Shown here one piece after another: positions 33,367 to 43,297 of a DNA stretch of 64,000 bases. Under the pieces are notes generated by a model. That model was not told where the DNA came from, made no database searches, and saw only the letters and a program-made list of their open reading frames with translations. Within the stretch, counting starts at the first letter, position 1. Each line of letters opens with the position of its first letter. The position numbers and the translations under genes are program-made. Source of the stretch: Candidatus Bathyarchaeota archaeon (GTDB lineage: Archaea > Thermoproteota > Bathyarchaeia > Bathyarchaeales > DTEX01); assembly GCA_018396405.1 (NCBI GenBank), contig JAGTQD010000003.1:61-64060 (forward strand), read 5' to 3'.

Positions 33367-35409
33367 TTATGTCTTCTTTAAATATCCGCTTCTAGGCTCA
33401 TAAAGTGTTCCTTCACGGAGCATCTGCTGGATGAGCTTTTCAGCCTCGCTTCTAGCTATGCCATACTCGCTACTAAGTCTCTCTAATAGATCGGTTCTGC
33501 TAACCATTCCGCTTTCCTTCTCCATATCGACGATGGTGCTTAATATTATGCGTAGTTTATCTTGAACGCTCCTCGGCTTACCAACCATAATAATATCGAT
33601 ATCAAATTTCTTTGAGGAGATATCCACGCCGACCTCCTCAAGGGATCGCTTCATAATATTTATAGCTGCCTCTGCATCCTCAGGAAGAACAACGTTTCTA
33701 AGGGCTGCACGAGCCCTAGCCTCGGCTATTCTTATAAGGGCCTCGAGCTGGCGGGCAGTTATCGCTATAGGTGTCCCTTCACCCTCACTTGCAGACCGCA
33801 TAATTAGATAAAACTCTTTTAAGCGCTCCATAGCCTCTTGGGATAAAACTGGCCTCACATTATTCCTGGCATATGCAATATATTTCCTAAGAAGGTCTGG
33901 CGGTATTGGTGGCTCAGCTGGCGGGGCCTCCTTCGCATGTAGTCTAAGCATGTGCTCGCTCATTTGGGCATCATGTTCCTTCTCAGGAACATCCCTCAAG
34001 ACAAAGATTAAATCGAACCTAGATAGGATTGTTACTGGCAAAGAGATATTTTCGGCAACCGTTCTATAGGGATCATATCTTCCCAGAGCTGGGTTAGCTG
34101 CAGCCAATATTGCGGTTCTAGCATTTAATGTCGCAACAATGCCGCCCTTAGCCACAGAGACGGTCTGCTGCTCCATAGCCTCATGAATGGCAACCCTATC
34201 CTCATTCCTCATCTTGTCAATCTCATCTATACATGCGATACCTTTATCAGCCAGGACGAGGGCGCCAGCCTCAAGAGTCATCCCACCAGTGGGCGATGGA
34301 AGAACAGCCGCTGTTAGGCCAGCCGCGGTTGTCCCCCTACCACTCGTATATAAGCCTCTCGGCGCGATCTTCTGAACATAGCGTAGCAGCTGCGACTTAG
34401 CTGTGCCCGGATCGCCTACAAGCAGAATATGAATATCGCCCCTAATAGTTATATCCTGAAGGTGCTTTGGAACACCTCCAAAGAGGAGGTACATTATCGC
34501 CTCTTTAATATGCTCATAACCATAAATTGATGGTGCTATAGACCGGATTATCTTTTGATGAATGTTTGGGTCCCTTGCCAGTTTAAGTATCTGCTCCTCC
34601 TCCTCAGGCGTTATTAGCAGTGATTCGGGCTCTTTACTTGCAGTCTCAATGTAGTTTGCATCTAAGTATAGTGTAAAAGCCCTACTCTTTCCAGTTCTAG
34701 GATATGATGTTGCCTCAGCACCAACTATGCCGACAACATATACCCTATCCCCCGGCCTCGCAGTATCAACAATATCTTTACCAACAACTCTTATGTCAAG
34801 GGAGCGGGGGGTTTGCCCCGGCGGTATATCTTCAGGATACTCTTGAATCCGAAGCTCCTGATAATCAACAAACTTAGACTCTTCCTGAATGAACTCGAAG
34901 GGCCCCTTTTTCCCACATCTTGGATTAGCGCACTTAAATGGAAACTCTAGAAAAGCTCCGCTCTGCGGAACCTCCATCTTAGCCTCGCAGCTTTTACATT
35001 TAAAGACTGCTGTCGTAACGATCGGCCTAACAGTTGATGCGCGCATTATTATGCCCTCGATCATAACCAGCTTGCTTATATGCTCTGATCCAAGCCGGCG
35101 TAGAGGCGTTACACGTGGCAGCCCACGAATTCTAACCGTCACTCCAGTCTCTTTTATCCTCTCAGCGTATTCGGGAACCTCAAACTGTAGCTGCTCGAAG
35201 GCTGCATTACACGCATAGGCCAGATATTCCTGCGGCCTCTCAAGTAGCATATCCGCTAAGTATGGATCAACCATAAGGAGATCTTCAAAGTCAACTACGA
35301 CTGAGGTTGATGCATTAAGCGCCATTTGGGCTATTCTCTGACGGTACTTAGCAGTCTTAAATAGTGAGCCGAATTTTTCGAGGGGCTTCTCAACAATGAC
35401 CTCGGTCAC
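33367..35409 (-). CDS. mcm: MCM replicative helicase
   Basis: 680 aa. Zn motif CKSCEA...CANPRCG, Walker A LLVGDPGTAKSQ, Walker B CIDEIDKM, arginine finger SRFDL. C-terminal wH. No intein. Confidence 0.95.
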   Translation of the reverse strand: MTEVIVEKPLEKFGSLFKTAKYRQRIAQMALNASTSVVVDFEDLLMVDPYLADMLLERPQEYLAYACNAAFEQLQFEVPEYAERIKETGVTVRIRGLPRVTPLRRLGSEHISKLVMIEGIIMRASTVRPIVTTAVFKCKSCEAKMEVPQSGAFLEFPFKCANPRCGKKGPFEFIQEESKFVDYQELRIQEYPEDIPPGQTPRSLDIRVVGKDIVDTARPGDRVYVVGIVGAEATSYPRTGKSRAFTLYLDANYIETASKEPESLLITPEEEEQILKLARDPNIHQKIIRSIAPSIYGYEHIKEAIMYLLFGGVPKHLQDITIRGDIHILLVGDPGTAKSQLLRYVQKIAPRGLYTSGRGTTAAGLTAAVLPSPTGGMTLEAGALVLADKGIACIDEIDKMRNEDRVAIHEAMEQQTVSVAKGGIVATLNARTAILAAANPALGRYDPYRTVAENISLPVTILSRFDLIFVLRDVPEKEHDAQMSEHMLRLHAKEAPPAEPPIPPDLLRKYIAYARNNVRPVLSQEAMERLKEFYLIMRSASEGEGTPIAITARQLEALIRIAEARARAALRNVVLPEDAEAAINIMKRSLEEVGVDISSKKFDIDIIMVGKPRSVQDKLRIILSTIVDMEKESGMVSRTDLLERLSSEYGIARSEAEKLIQQMLREGTLYEPRSGYLKKT

Positions 35410-35419
35410 ACATACCCCC

Positions 35420-35974
35420 CTAAACTATTCTAGACCTCCACCTACCCACTATCTGCCTTATCCGCTCATATAGATCTCTTTCCTCAGGGGTAAGATTCTT
35501 TAAGGCATGGCTCTCAGGAGAGGGGATTGTTGCCAAAGATATAATCTTCCTAACCCTACAGTTAACTATATCGTGAACCAAATTTAATATGTGCTCATAC
35601 TCTCTTAATTTCTCTGGGCTTGTTCTAGAAGACTGCCTAAGGTCATCGATCATTCGCCTAATTCTGGGATAAAAATCTTCTGGGATCGCCGAGAGTTGCC
35701 CGAGGGCTTGGATACGCTCAGTCCACTGAATTTTATAGATTTTAGCAGTGTCAAAACCGCTCTCCTTAATCTTAACCAGCTTATCTTTCTCTAGCTCCCG
35801 CGCCACCCAGAATCTAACTTCATATTCATGTCCCTCGTCAAATGGGCCTACAGAGAAGCCCACAAGGTCAATTTTTGGGACGCTCTTAATAGCAATTACT
35901 GTAACAAAATTATTCATAAATATAAAGTCTGAAAACTCTATGCTCAAGCAACGTTCCTCAAACATGCTTGACAA
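35420..35974 (-). CDS. GINS subunit, Gins23-like (B-domain then A-domain order)
   Basis: A beta-rich N-terminus followed by a helical C-terminus (RVRKIISLA...LTPEERDLYERIRQIVGRWR) resembles the GINS A-domain. It lies immediately upstream of mcm (10-nt gap), as gins23 does in Sulfolobus. Confidence 0.55.
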   Translation of the reverse strand: MSSMFEERCLSIEFSDFIFMNNFVTVIAIKSVPKIDLVGFSVGPFDEGHEYEVRFWVARELEKDKLVKIKESGFDTAKIYKIQWTERIQALGQLSAIPEDFYPRIRRMIDDLRQSSRTSPEKLREYEHILNLVHDIVNCRVRKIISLATIPSPESHALKNLTPEERDLYERIRQIVGRWRSRIV

Positions 35975-36113
35975 CGCTGGACCTCAAATATACTTGCTCT
36001 TTTGTGGTAAATATACTTTCTAGTGCCAAGATCATAAAGGTATATATGCGGATGTGAGGGCAAAGATCTCCTCTAAGAAAATTTAAATGCTCCTATAGAT
36101 ACTATTTTTAGAG

Positions 36114-36404
36114 ATGCTCATGAGGGTGCGAGTTACCTATTTAGGTGTTGTGAGGTATAAAACTGGCAGGGGAGAAGAAGATTACGATCTGGCGGATGGA
36201 TCCTCACTTAAAGATCTCCTCCTTAAAATGGCTGAGAAGCATCCATCTCTTAGAGACATCATTAGCGGTTTAGGCGAGAGCCCTGCTGATCCAACTCTAA
36301 TAGTTGCATTGAACGGATCTTCCATAAAAATCGCTGAAAGCGATAATATTATGCTCAAAGATGGTGACTCGGTAATATTGATGACCGTTATAGGCGGAGG
36401 ATAA
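36114..36404 (+). CDS. MoaD/ThiS-family ubiquitin-like small protein (C-terminal GGG)
   Basis: 96 aa. It has a beta-grasp-like pattern ending ...DGDSVILMTVIGGG. Confidence 0.6.
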   Translation: MLMRVRVTYLGVVRYKTGRGEEDYDLADGSSLKDLLLKMAEKHPSLRDIISGLGESPADPTLIVALNGSSIKIAESDNIMLKDGDSVILMTVIGGG

Positions 36405-36424
36405 GAAGGATACAAAAGAAAGTC

Positions 36425-36432
36425 TTATAAAT
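36425..36432 (+). promoter_or_regulatory. Candidate TATA box of the ribosomal protein operon
   Basis: ttataaat lies about 41 nt upstream of the L22 TTG start. GGTGA (36462-36466) sits 7 nt before the start, which implies a short leader. Confidence 0.35.
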
Positions 36433-36473
36433 ATCAGAATATTTTTGTAATTCAACAAAGCGGTGAATAAACT

Positions 36474-36932
36474 TTGTCTGAATGGGGATATTCAATAGTA
36501 ACATATGACCGCGCAACAATGGCTAGGGCTAGTGGTAGAGAGCTTAGAGTATCGCCCAAAGCAGCCATAGAGATTTGCGCTGCGATAAGGGGCATGATGC
36601 TTGAAGAGGCAAAAAAATACTTGAGGGACGTTATCGCTAAGAGAGTTGCCGTTCCCTATAGGCGATATAAGAAGAAGCTTCCGCATAGGAGGGGTTTAGG
36701 TGGAGCTGGCAGATACCCCGTTAAGGCAGCCTCAAAAATACTTGAGGTTCTGGAGAGCGCTGAGGCGAACGCTGAATATAAAGGGCTGGATACGGAGAAA
36801 CTTAAGATCATTCATGCATCCGCATATCCTGGTGCAAAGATAAGGAGATATATGCCACGAGCATTTGGCAGGGCGACGCCAAAATTTGAGACGCTATGCC
36901 ACGTTGAAATAGTTTTGCAAGAGGTGAAGTGA
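36474..36932 (+). CDS. rpl22: Ribosomal protein L22 (uL22)
   Basis: [24 protein letters not shown] and its position before S3. Confidence 0.9.
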   Translation: MSEWGYSIVTYDRATMARASGRELRVSPKAAIEICAAIRGMMLEEAKKYLRDVIAKRVAVPYRRYKKKLPHRRGLGGAGRYPVKAASKILEVLESAEANAEYKGLDTEKLKIIHASAYPGAKIRRYMPRAFGRATPKFETLCHVEIVLQEVK

Positions 36933-36941
36933 GGGATATAG

Positions 36942-37580
36942 ATGGCCTATGTAAAACATTTTGTTAAGGAGTCCATTAGAAAGGCTGAGATAGACGAGTT
37001 TTTATGGAAGGAGTTTGAGAGGGCTGGTTATGGCGGGGTTGAAATAACAAAGACACCTCTCGGCACAAACGTCGTCATCCATGCTGTTCGCCCCGGCTTA
37101 ATTATAGGGCGCGGTGGAGAAACCATTAAAAATCTCGCCAAGATTCTCGAGGAGAAGTTTAATCTACCTAACCCCCAGATCTCGGTGGTTGAAATAGAGG
37201 TCCCGGAGCTAAACCCGCGTGTTATGGCTTCTAGGATAGCTGCCGCCCTTAGGCGTGGGATTCATTTTAGAAGAGTTGGCTTCTGGGCGTTAAACCAGAT
37301 AATGAGGGCGGGCGCTCTTGGTGCAGAAATAATTATTAGTGGTAAGCTCAGAACTGAGAGAGCTAGGTCGGAGAAGTTTAGAAGTGGATATATACCGAAG
37401 AGCGGTGACCCGGCAATGAAGTATGTTAGGAAGGCAGTTACACATGTTCAGCTTAAACCAGGTATATTTGGTATTCAGGTCTTCATAGTTCAGCCTGACG
37501 TAAAGTTTCCGGACGAAGTTGAATTTCTTGAGGAGAAAAGCGGGGAGACCGTTGCTGAGAGCGGAGAGGATAAGTCTTAG
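36942..37580 (+). CDS. rps3: Ribosomal protein S3 (uS3)
   Basis: KH-domain region GLIIGRGGETIKNL and conserved gene order. Confidence 0.9.
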   Translation: MAYVKHFVKESIRKAEIDEFLWKEFERAGYGGVEITKTPLGTNVVIHAVRPGLIIGRGGETIKNLAKILEEKFNLPNPQISVVEIEVPELNPRVMASRIAAALRRGIHFRRVGFWALNQIMRAGALGAEIIISGKLRTERARSEKFRSGYIPKSGDPAMKYVRKAVTHVQLKPGIFGIQVFIVQPDVKFPDEVEFLEEKSGETVAESGEDKS

Positions 37581-37597
37581 GTTCTAGGTGGTGAGAT

Positions 37598-37810
37598 GTG
37601 GCAATTTTAAAGGTTAAGGAGATTAGAAGGATGAGCCGGGAGGAACGAGAGAGAAAACTAAGTGATCTGCGTGCTGAGCTCGCTAGGCTAAGGATGATTG
37701 TTAAGGCTGGGGGAGCCGTTGATAAGCCTGCCAGAATAAGGGAGATTAGGCGGGCAATAGCCCGTATATTAACCGTTAATAATGAGGAGGATAAGGGAAT
37801 TAGGAGATGA
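37598..37810 (+). CDS. rpl29: Ribosomal protein L29 (uL29)
   Basis: LKVKEIRRMSREERERKLSDLRAELARLR. Confidence 0.9.
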   Translation: MAILKVKEIRRMSREERERKLSDLRAELARLRMIVKAGGAVDKPARIREIRRAIARILTVNNEEDKGIRR

Positions 37811-38091
37811 GGGATCTTAGACATATTCTCCAAGATGAATTTATTGGGTTGAGGGTTAAGGTTGTTAAATGCACCAATCCGTGTTGTGTTGGTTTATCTG
37901 GAATAGTTATTGACGAGACAAGGAATACATTTAAGATCCTCTGTAAGGATCGAGGGGAGAAAATATTAATTAAGGAGAATTCCATTTTCCATTTTACATT
38001 ACCTGATAAAACAGTGGTTGAGATTGATGGTAAAGCTCTCGTAGGTCGTCCCGAAGACAGGGTTAAGAAGGTTGTTAGGAGGCGTTGGTAA
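37807..38091 (+). CDS. rnp1: RNase P protein component 1 (Rpp29/Pop4)
   Basis: FIGLRVKVVKCTNPCCVGLSGIVIDETRNTF, and the canonical archaeal position between L29 and S17. Confidence 0.85.
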   Translation: MRDLRHILQDEFIGLRVKVVKCTNPCCVGLSGIVIDETRNTFKILCKDRGEKILIKENSIFHFTLPDKTVVEIDGKALVGRPEDRVKKVVRRRW

Positions 38092-38418
38092 ATGTCATAT
38101 AAGATTAATCCGCCTGATAAGACATGTGATGATGAATATTGCCCATTTCATGGATCATTAAAGATTAGAGGTAGAATACTTGAGGGCGTCGTTGTGAGCG
38201 CTAAGATGCAGAAAACTGTTATTGTTAGGCGCGATTACGCGCATTACGAGCCGAAATTTAAGCGCTATGAACGTAGGCATAGTAGGATACCAGCCCATAA
38301 TCCCCCATGCATAAATGCAACTAAAGGTGATGTTGTCAGAATAGCCGAGTGTAGACCAGTAAGCAAGACCGTGGCATTCGTCGTAGTAGAGAAAATAGGC
38401 AGAAAGGAGGAGTATTAG
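38092..38418 (+). CDS. rps17: Ribosomal protein S17 (uS17)
   Basis: CPFHGSLKIRGRILEGVVVSAKMQKTVIV and GDVVRIAECRPVSKT. Confidence 0.9.
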   Translation: MSYKINPPDKTCDDEYCPFHGSLKIRGRILEGVVVSAKMQKTVIVRRDYAHYEPKFKRYERRHSRIPAHNPPCINATKGDVVRIAECRPVSKTVAFVVVEKIGRKEEY

Positions 38419-38419
38419 G

Positions 38420-38860
38420 GTGGCGGCGAAGGCTAAAACTAGGGGGTTACAGGCTAAAGGTGCCGGAAGACCCAGAATAAGGATAAGTAGAGGGGTTAAC
38501 GTTGGCTCAATAATTAAATGTACAGATAATTCTGGTGCGAAGGAGCTAAGAGTCATTCAGGTGGTTGGATATAAAGGTAGGCGCAGAAGGGTTCCGGCGG
38601 CGGCTGTAGGCGATTTAATAGTTGTATCTGTTAGAAAGGGGGCGCCCGACATGAGGAAGAAAATATTCCATGCAGTTCTTGTCAGGCAGAGGAAGCCCTA
38701 TAGGCGGGCTGAGGGAATATGGGTTCAATTTGAGGATAATGCTGCCGTTATAATAACACCTGAAGGCGAGATGCGCGGCTCAGAGATACATGGCCCCGTC
38801 GCCAGGGAGGCTGCTGAAAGGTGGCCTAGAATAGCCAGCGCGGCAAGCATAATAATATAA
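38420..38860 (+). CDS. rpl14: Ribosomal protein L14 (uL14)
   Basis: IKCTDNSGAKELRVIQV and its order in the operon. Confidence 0.9.
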   Translation: MAAKAKTRGLQAKGAGRPRIRISRGVNVGSIIKCTDNSGAKELRVIQVVGYKGRRRRVPAAAVGDLIVVSVRKGAPDMRKKIFHAVLVRQRKPYRRAEGIWVQFEDNAAVIITPEGEMRGSEIHGPVAREAAERWPRIASAASIII

Positions 38861-38872
38861 TGGGGGCATGTT

Positions 38873-39298
38873 ATGGTTAAGAGTACTTCAGCTAAGCCGA
38901 GCAAGCAGAGGGAGCGATTATATAATGCGCCATACCACTTACGTGGAAAAATAATGTCAGCACACTTATCAGATGATCTCAGGAAAACCTATAAAGTTAG
39001 GTCTCTTCCAATAAGGACAGGCGACGTCGTGAGAGTTATGAGGGGCGATTATAAGGGGGTTGAGGGAAAGGTTACAAGGGTTGATAGGAAGAAATATCGT
39101 ATTTATATTGAGGGTATAACTAGACAGAAAGTTGATGGAACAACAGTGCCAGTCCCAATTCATCCATCTAACGTCGAAATCATAAAATTAAACTTAGATG
39201 ATAAAATCAGGAGAGAAATATTGGAGAGAAAGCTTAGCGGGCGATCTAAGGCGATAGAGGCAGCGCTAAAGGCCTCCAGCACTCCCGGAGGTGGCTAA
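38873..39298 (+). CDS. rpl24: Ribosomal protein L24 (uL24)
   Basis: KOW motif [18 protein letters not shown]. Confidence 0.9.
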   Translation: MVKSTSAKPSKQRERLYNAPYHLRGKIMSAHLSDDLRKTYKVRSLPIRTGDVVRVMRGDYKGVEGKVTRVDRKKYRIYIEGITRQKVDGTTVPVPIHPSNVEIIKLNLDDKIRREILERKLSGRSKAIEAALKASSTPGGG

Positions 39299-39301
39299 TG
39301 C

Positions 39302-40069
39302 ATGGGGAAGATGGGTGGCAGCAGACATTTAAAGCGTGAGGTAACGCCGCCATTCTGGCCCATACATAGGAAGAAGTATGTTTGGACCCTTAAGCCGGAT
39401 CCAGGACCTCATCCTTTTGATCGTTGTATGCCATTGGGCATAATTATTAGAGATTTTTTGGGTTATGCTGAAACAATGAGAGAGGCGAAGAAGATCGTTG
39501 CTCAGGGGAAGGTTCTTGTCGACGGAAAGGTTAGGCGTGATGTACACTTTCCAGTTGGATTAATGGATGTTCTCTCCATACCGGAAATTAATAAGAGTTG
39601 GAGGGTTCTCCCCCACGGTAAGGGCTTAACATTATTTGAGATAAGTGGCGAGGAGGTAAAGTATAAGATTTGTAGAATTGAGAATAAGACAACTCTTCCC
39701 GGAGGTCACATCCAGCTTAACTTACATGATGGTAGAAATATACTCATAAGGTGCGAGGACCCGAAAAAGCCTGTTGGGGAGGAGTATCGCACCCTTGATA
39801 CATTAAGGATAAGCCTGCCAGACCAGACGATTCTCGAGCATCTTAGACTTGATATTGGTATGATGGGTCTTCTAGTCGATGGGGAGAACCTTGGCAGATA
39901 TGGCATTATTAAAAATATTAACTTGATTGAGGGGCAGAAGAGGCGTAGATGCCTGGTGACAATAGAGGATGAGAGGGGAGTCGCCTATCAAACAATCCTC
40001 GATTATCTCTTTGTTATAGGTGACAAGACACCAAGAATCTCTCTACCAAAGGTGGTGGAGAGTGAGTAA
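39302..40069 (+). CDS. rps4e: Ribosomal protein S4e (eS4)
   Basis: GGSRHLKRE...VLVDGKVRRDVHFPVGLMDV. Confidence 0.9.
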   Translation: MGKMGGSRHLKREVTPPFWPIHRKKYVWTLKPDPGPHPFDRCMPLGIIIRDFLGYAETMREAKKIVAQGKVLVDGKVRRDVHFPVGLMDVLSIPEINKSWRVLPHGKGLTLFEISGEEVKYKICRIENKTTLPGGHIQLNLHDGRNILIRCEDPKKPVGEEYRTLDTLRISLPDQTILEHLRLDIGMMGLLVDGENLGRYGIIKNINLIEGQKRRRCLVTIEDERGVAYQTILDYLFVIGDKTPRISLPKVVESE

Positions 40070-40655
40070 AATCACAGCTGAGCTCATTGAAAGTTTTAGG
40101 GCTAACTGGGAGAAGAATCCGATGCTTAAGCCTAGGATAGAGAAGGTCGTTGTGAACTGTTGCGTTGGAAGGTCGGGTGAGCCGCTTGAGAAAGCCATGA
40201 AAATAATTGAAGAGCTAACTGGACAGAAGCCATGCTATAGGAGGGCCAAAAAAACAATAAAGGATTTTGGTATAAGGCGGAAGGAGCCAATAGCGTGCTT
40301 AGTTACACTTAGAGGTGAGAAGGCTATAGAATTCTTGAAGAGGGCGTTGGATGCCGTTGGTAATAAGATCCCAATAAGCTCCTTCGATAAGTTTGGAAAC
40401 TTCTCCTTTGGGATAGAGGAGCATATTAGCATACCAGGAACAAAATATTCTCCTGAGCTAGGCATTATAGGAATGGATGTTTGCGTATCACTTATGAGGC
40501 CAGGCTATAGAGTTAAATATAGGAGACGCGCAAGATCTAAACTTGGTAAAGCTCATAGATTAACCGCCGAAGAAGCGATGGCATTTATGGTTAGCGAGTT
40601 TAATGTTACATTAACTGAAGAGAAAAGGGAGAAGAAGAGGCGTAAAAGGAAGTAA
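40062..40655 (+). CDS. rpl5: Ribosomal protein L5 (uL5)
   Basis: NPMLKPRIEKVVVNCCVG...FGIRRKEPIA. I prefer GTG 40062 (8-nt overlap with S4e) over the track's 40020. The start is uncertain. Confidence 0.85.
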   Translation: MSKITAELIESFRANWEKNPMLKPRIEKVVVNCCVGRSGEPLEKAMKIIEELTGQKPCYRRAKKTIKDFGIRRKEPIACLVTLRGEKAIEFLKRALDAVGNKIPISSFDKFGNFSFGIEEHISIPGTKYSPELGIIGMDVCVSLMRPGYRVKYRRRARSKLGKAHRLTAEEAMAFMVSEFNVTLTEEKREKKRRKRK

Positions 40656-40667
40656 TGGGGTGAATAG

Positions 40668-40835
40668 GTGAGCGAGAAAAGTCGACAAAAAAAGGAGAGA
40701 AAGTTTGGAAAGGGTAGTAGACCCTGTAGAAGATGCGGCTCCTATGGCCCAATAATAAGGAGGTATGGTTTAATGCTATGCAGGCAATGCTTTAGGGAGG
40801 TTGCCGAGAAGCTAGGCTTTAAGAAATATAGCTGA
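40668..40835 (+). CDS. rps14: Ribosomal protein S14 (uS14), zinc-binding short form
   Basis: Below the ORF-track size cutoff. My translation from GTG 40668 gives (M)[54 protein letters not shown], 55 aa with a CxxC...CxxC motif, in the canonical position between L5 and S8. Confidence 0.85.
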   Translation: MSEKSRQKKERKFGKGSRPCRRCGSYGPIIRRYGLMLCRQCFREVAEKLGFKKYS

Positions 40836-40846
40836 GGTGGATTTAA

Positions 40847-41236
40847 ATGAACATGGATACTCTCGCTAACGGTCTAACAACATTATATAATAATGAGGTT
40901 AGAAGAAAGAAAGAGTGTTATATAATGCCTGCATCAAAGTTACTTGGTAATGTATTAAGGGTTATGCAGATGCATGGATATATTGGCGAATTCGAATTTA
41001 TAGACGACGGCAGGACGGGTAAGTTTAGGGTTCAGCTCCTTGGCAGGATAAATAAGTGTGGGGCTATTAGGCCCAGATATTCCTTTAAGGCTAAGGATAT
41101 TGAGAAGTGGGAGAAAATATATCTGCCAGCAAGAGATATAGGCATACTCATAGTGACAACTTCACGGGGAGTAATGTCGCATATCGAGACTAAAAAGATG
41201 GGAATTGGGGGAAAGCTCTTAGCATACGTTTATTAA
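40847..41236 (+). CDS. rps8: Ribosomal protein S8 (uS8)
   Basis: [14 protein letters not shown]...[10 protein letters not shown]. Confidence 0.9.
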   Translation: MNMDTLANGLTTLYNNEVRRKKECYIMPASKLLGNVLRVMQMHGYIGEFEFIDDGRTGKFRVQLLGRINKCGAIRPRYSFKAKDIEKWEKIYLPARDIGILIVTTSRGVMSHIETKKMGIGGKLLAYVY

Positions 41237-41247
41237 GGGTGAGATAA

Positions 41248-41814
41248 ATGCTCGAAGAGCTTTATGAAGTTGCTAAAATCGAGAAGAGAGAAATAAAGGT
41301 TCCAGAGGGAGTTAAGGTTAATGTAAATGGCAGGATAGTGGAGGTTATAGGCCCCTTAGGCAAAATAACGCGTGATTTTACGAGCAATCCAGTTTCAATA
41401 GAGGTTCTTGGGGATAAAGTCGTGGTTTACACTATTTGGCCGAGGAGGAGAGAAAAGTCGCATGTAGGGACGGTTGCAGCGCATATTAAAAACATGATTA
41501 GGGGCGTGACGAAAGGTTTCACGTATAAACTTAAGATTGTTTATGCTCACTTTCCAATATCAGTTAAAGTTGATGGAAGCAGGATTCTCATAGAAAATTT
41601 TATGGGTGAAAGGACTCCAAGAATCGCAAAGATAATTGGTGGCGCTAAGGTCATCGTGAAGGGAGATGATGTAATAGTGCAGGGAATAAACTTGGAGGAG
41701 GTTAGCCAAACCGCCGCAAACATAGAGCAGGCAACTAGGATAAAGGAGAGGGATCCGCGTAGATTTTTGGATGGCATATATGTCTATGAGAAAATGGAGG
41801 GACTTGTCAGTTGA
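41248..41814 (+). CDS. rpl6: Ribosomal protein L6 (uL6)
   Basis: Two-domain L6 pattern (KLKIVYAHFPISVKV), plus gene order. Confidence 0.9.
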   Translation: MLEELYEVAKIEKREIKVPEGVKVNVNGRIVEVIGPLGKITRDFTSNPVSIEVLGDKVVVYTIWPRRREKSHVGTVAAHIKNMIRGVTKGFTYKLKIVYAHFPISVKVDGSRILIENFMGERTPRIAKIIGGAKVIVKGDDVIVQGINLEEVSQTAANIEQATRIKERDPRRFLDGIYVYEKMEGLVS

Positions 41815-42212
41815 GCTCCGAAGCTAAGGGTTTAGAAGAAGCTAAGAAGGCTGTTGAATTGAGGGAGAAGATTAAGAAGAAAAAGCCAAAGTTTGTTAGG
41901 CAAGAGAGCTGGCGCTATGACCGCGTGGAAGAGAGCTGGAGGAGACCAAGGGGGATAGACAGTAAGATGCGCAAGGAGGTTAAGGGCTGGCCAGCTAGAG
42001 TTAAAATTGGTTATAGGGGGCCGAGGGAGGCTAGGGGTCTCCACCCATCCGCCTATCGTGAGGTCATAGTCTATAATGTTGATGACCTAAACCGCATTGA
42101 TCCAAAAACTGAGGCTATAAGAATAGCTCATACGGTTGGCGCTAGGAAGAGGGCTGAGATACTTAGCAGGGCGAAAGAGATGGGCATACATGTTCTAAAC
42201 GCAGTATTTTGA
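41811..42212 (+). CDS. rpl32e: Ribosomal protein L32e (eL32)
   Basis: KPKFVRQESWRYDRVEESWRRPRGIDSKMR. Confidence 0.9.
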   Translation: MSSEAKGLEEAKKAVELREKIKKKKPKFVRQESWRYDRVEESWRRPRGIDSKMRKEVKGWPARVKIGYRGPREARGLHPSAYREVIVYNVDDLNRIDPKTEAIRIAHTVGARKRAEILSRAKEMGIHVLNAVF

Positions 42213-42242
42213 TCTATAAATTATTGACTGGGGGCGTTGTGA

Positions 42243-42695
42243 GTGAGCCTTAAAAGCCAGCGCAGGATGGCTGCGGAAATATTGGGTGTCGGCGAGGAGA
42301 GAGTCTGGATAGACCCTGAAAAAATTGAGGATGTGAAGGATGCAATAACTCGCGAGGATATTAGGAGACTCATTAAAGAGGGTGTTATAAGGAAGATCAA
42401 GGATCAGGGCGTAAGCAGGGCGCGCGCTAGGATCCTTCATAAAAAGAGGAGAAAAGGAAGGCGCAGGGGTTCCGGGAGCAAAAGTGGTGCGCTTGGTGCA
42501 AGGGTTGACCACCTTAAGGAGTGGGTTGAAAAGATAAGAGCTATTAGAAGGAGACTAAGCGAGCTTAGGGAGAAACGCATAATAACTGCTAAGACTTACA
42601 GATACCTCTATCTTAAAGCTAAGGCAGGAGTATTCAAATCAATCTCGGATCTCCATCAATATATTAAGGCCCACGGATTAAGGAGGAAGAGATGA
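42243..42695 (+). CDS. rpl19e: Ribosomal protein L19e (eL19)
   Basis: LKSQRRMAAEILGVGEERVWIDPE. Confidence 0.9.
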   Translation: MSLKSQRRMAAEILGVGEERVWIDPEKIEDVKDAITREDIRRLIKEGVIRKIKDQGVSRARARILHKKRRKGRRRGSGSKSGALGARVDHLKEWVEKIRAIRRRLSELREKRIITAKTYRYLYLKAKAGVFKSISDLHQYIKAHGLRRKR

Positions 42696-43294
42696 TGGCC
42701 AAGGGCCCAGCATATGCTGTTCCATATAGGAGAAGAAGGGAGGGTAAGACTGATTATAGGCTTAGAAAAAAGCTCATTATATCTAAGATCCCACGGCTTA
42801 TCGTCAGGAAAACTAATAGAAATTTTATCGTCCAGATCGCTATAGCGACTGTTATTGGCGATGTTATTATCACCTCAGCGCACTCCCGTGAACTTAGGAA
42901 GACGTTTGGTTGGCTTGGAAGCCTAAATAATCTTCCAGCCGCTTATCTTGTGGGTTTACTCTGCGGATTAAGAGCTTCCGAAAAGGGTGTTAAGAAGGCG
43001 GTTCTAGATATAGGCTTGCATACACCCTCAAAGGGAGCAGCCGTCTTTGCGGCCATGAAAGGATTTATAGACGCAGGGGTAGAGGTCCCCCACGACGAAT
43101 CCATTCTGCCAGATGAATCTAGGATACGTGGAGAGCACATAGCCAAGTATGCTGAGCTGCTAGCTTCAACGGATAAAGAGAAGTATGAGAGATATTTCTC
43201 AGAATATTTATCCAGAAATCTGCCCCCGGAAAAACTCCCAGAACACTTTGAAGAGGTCAAAGAGAGGATTTTAGAAAGTTTTAAGAGTAAATAG
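42692..43294 (+). CDS. rpl18: Ribosomal protein L18 (uL18)
   Basis: YRRRREGKTDYRLRKKLI...RLIVRKTNR. Last gene of the block. Confidence 0.9.
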   Translation: MMAKGPAYAVPYRRRREGKTDYRLRKKLIISKIPRLIVRKTNRNFIVQIAIATVIGDVIITSAHSRELRKTFGWLGSLNNLPAAYLVGLLCGLRASEKGVKKAVLDIGLHTPSKGAAVFAAMKGFIDAGVEVPHDESILPDESRIRGEHIAKYAELLASTDKEKYERYFSEYLSRNLPPEKLPEHFEEVKERILESFKSK

Positions 43295-43297
43295 AAT

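Noticed and set aside
35975-36113. Possible replication origin next to gins/mcm
   Set aside because: The spacer is only 139 nt. It contains ordinary divergent-promoter AT tracts, I could see no repeated ORB-like elements, and no orc1/cdc6 gene is adjacent.
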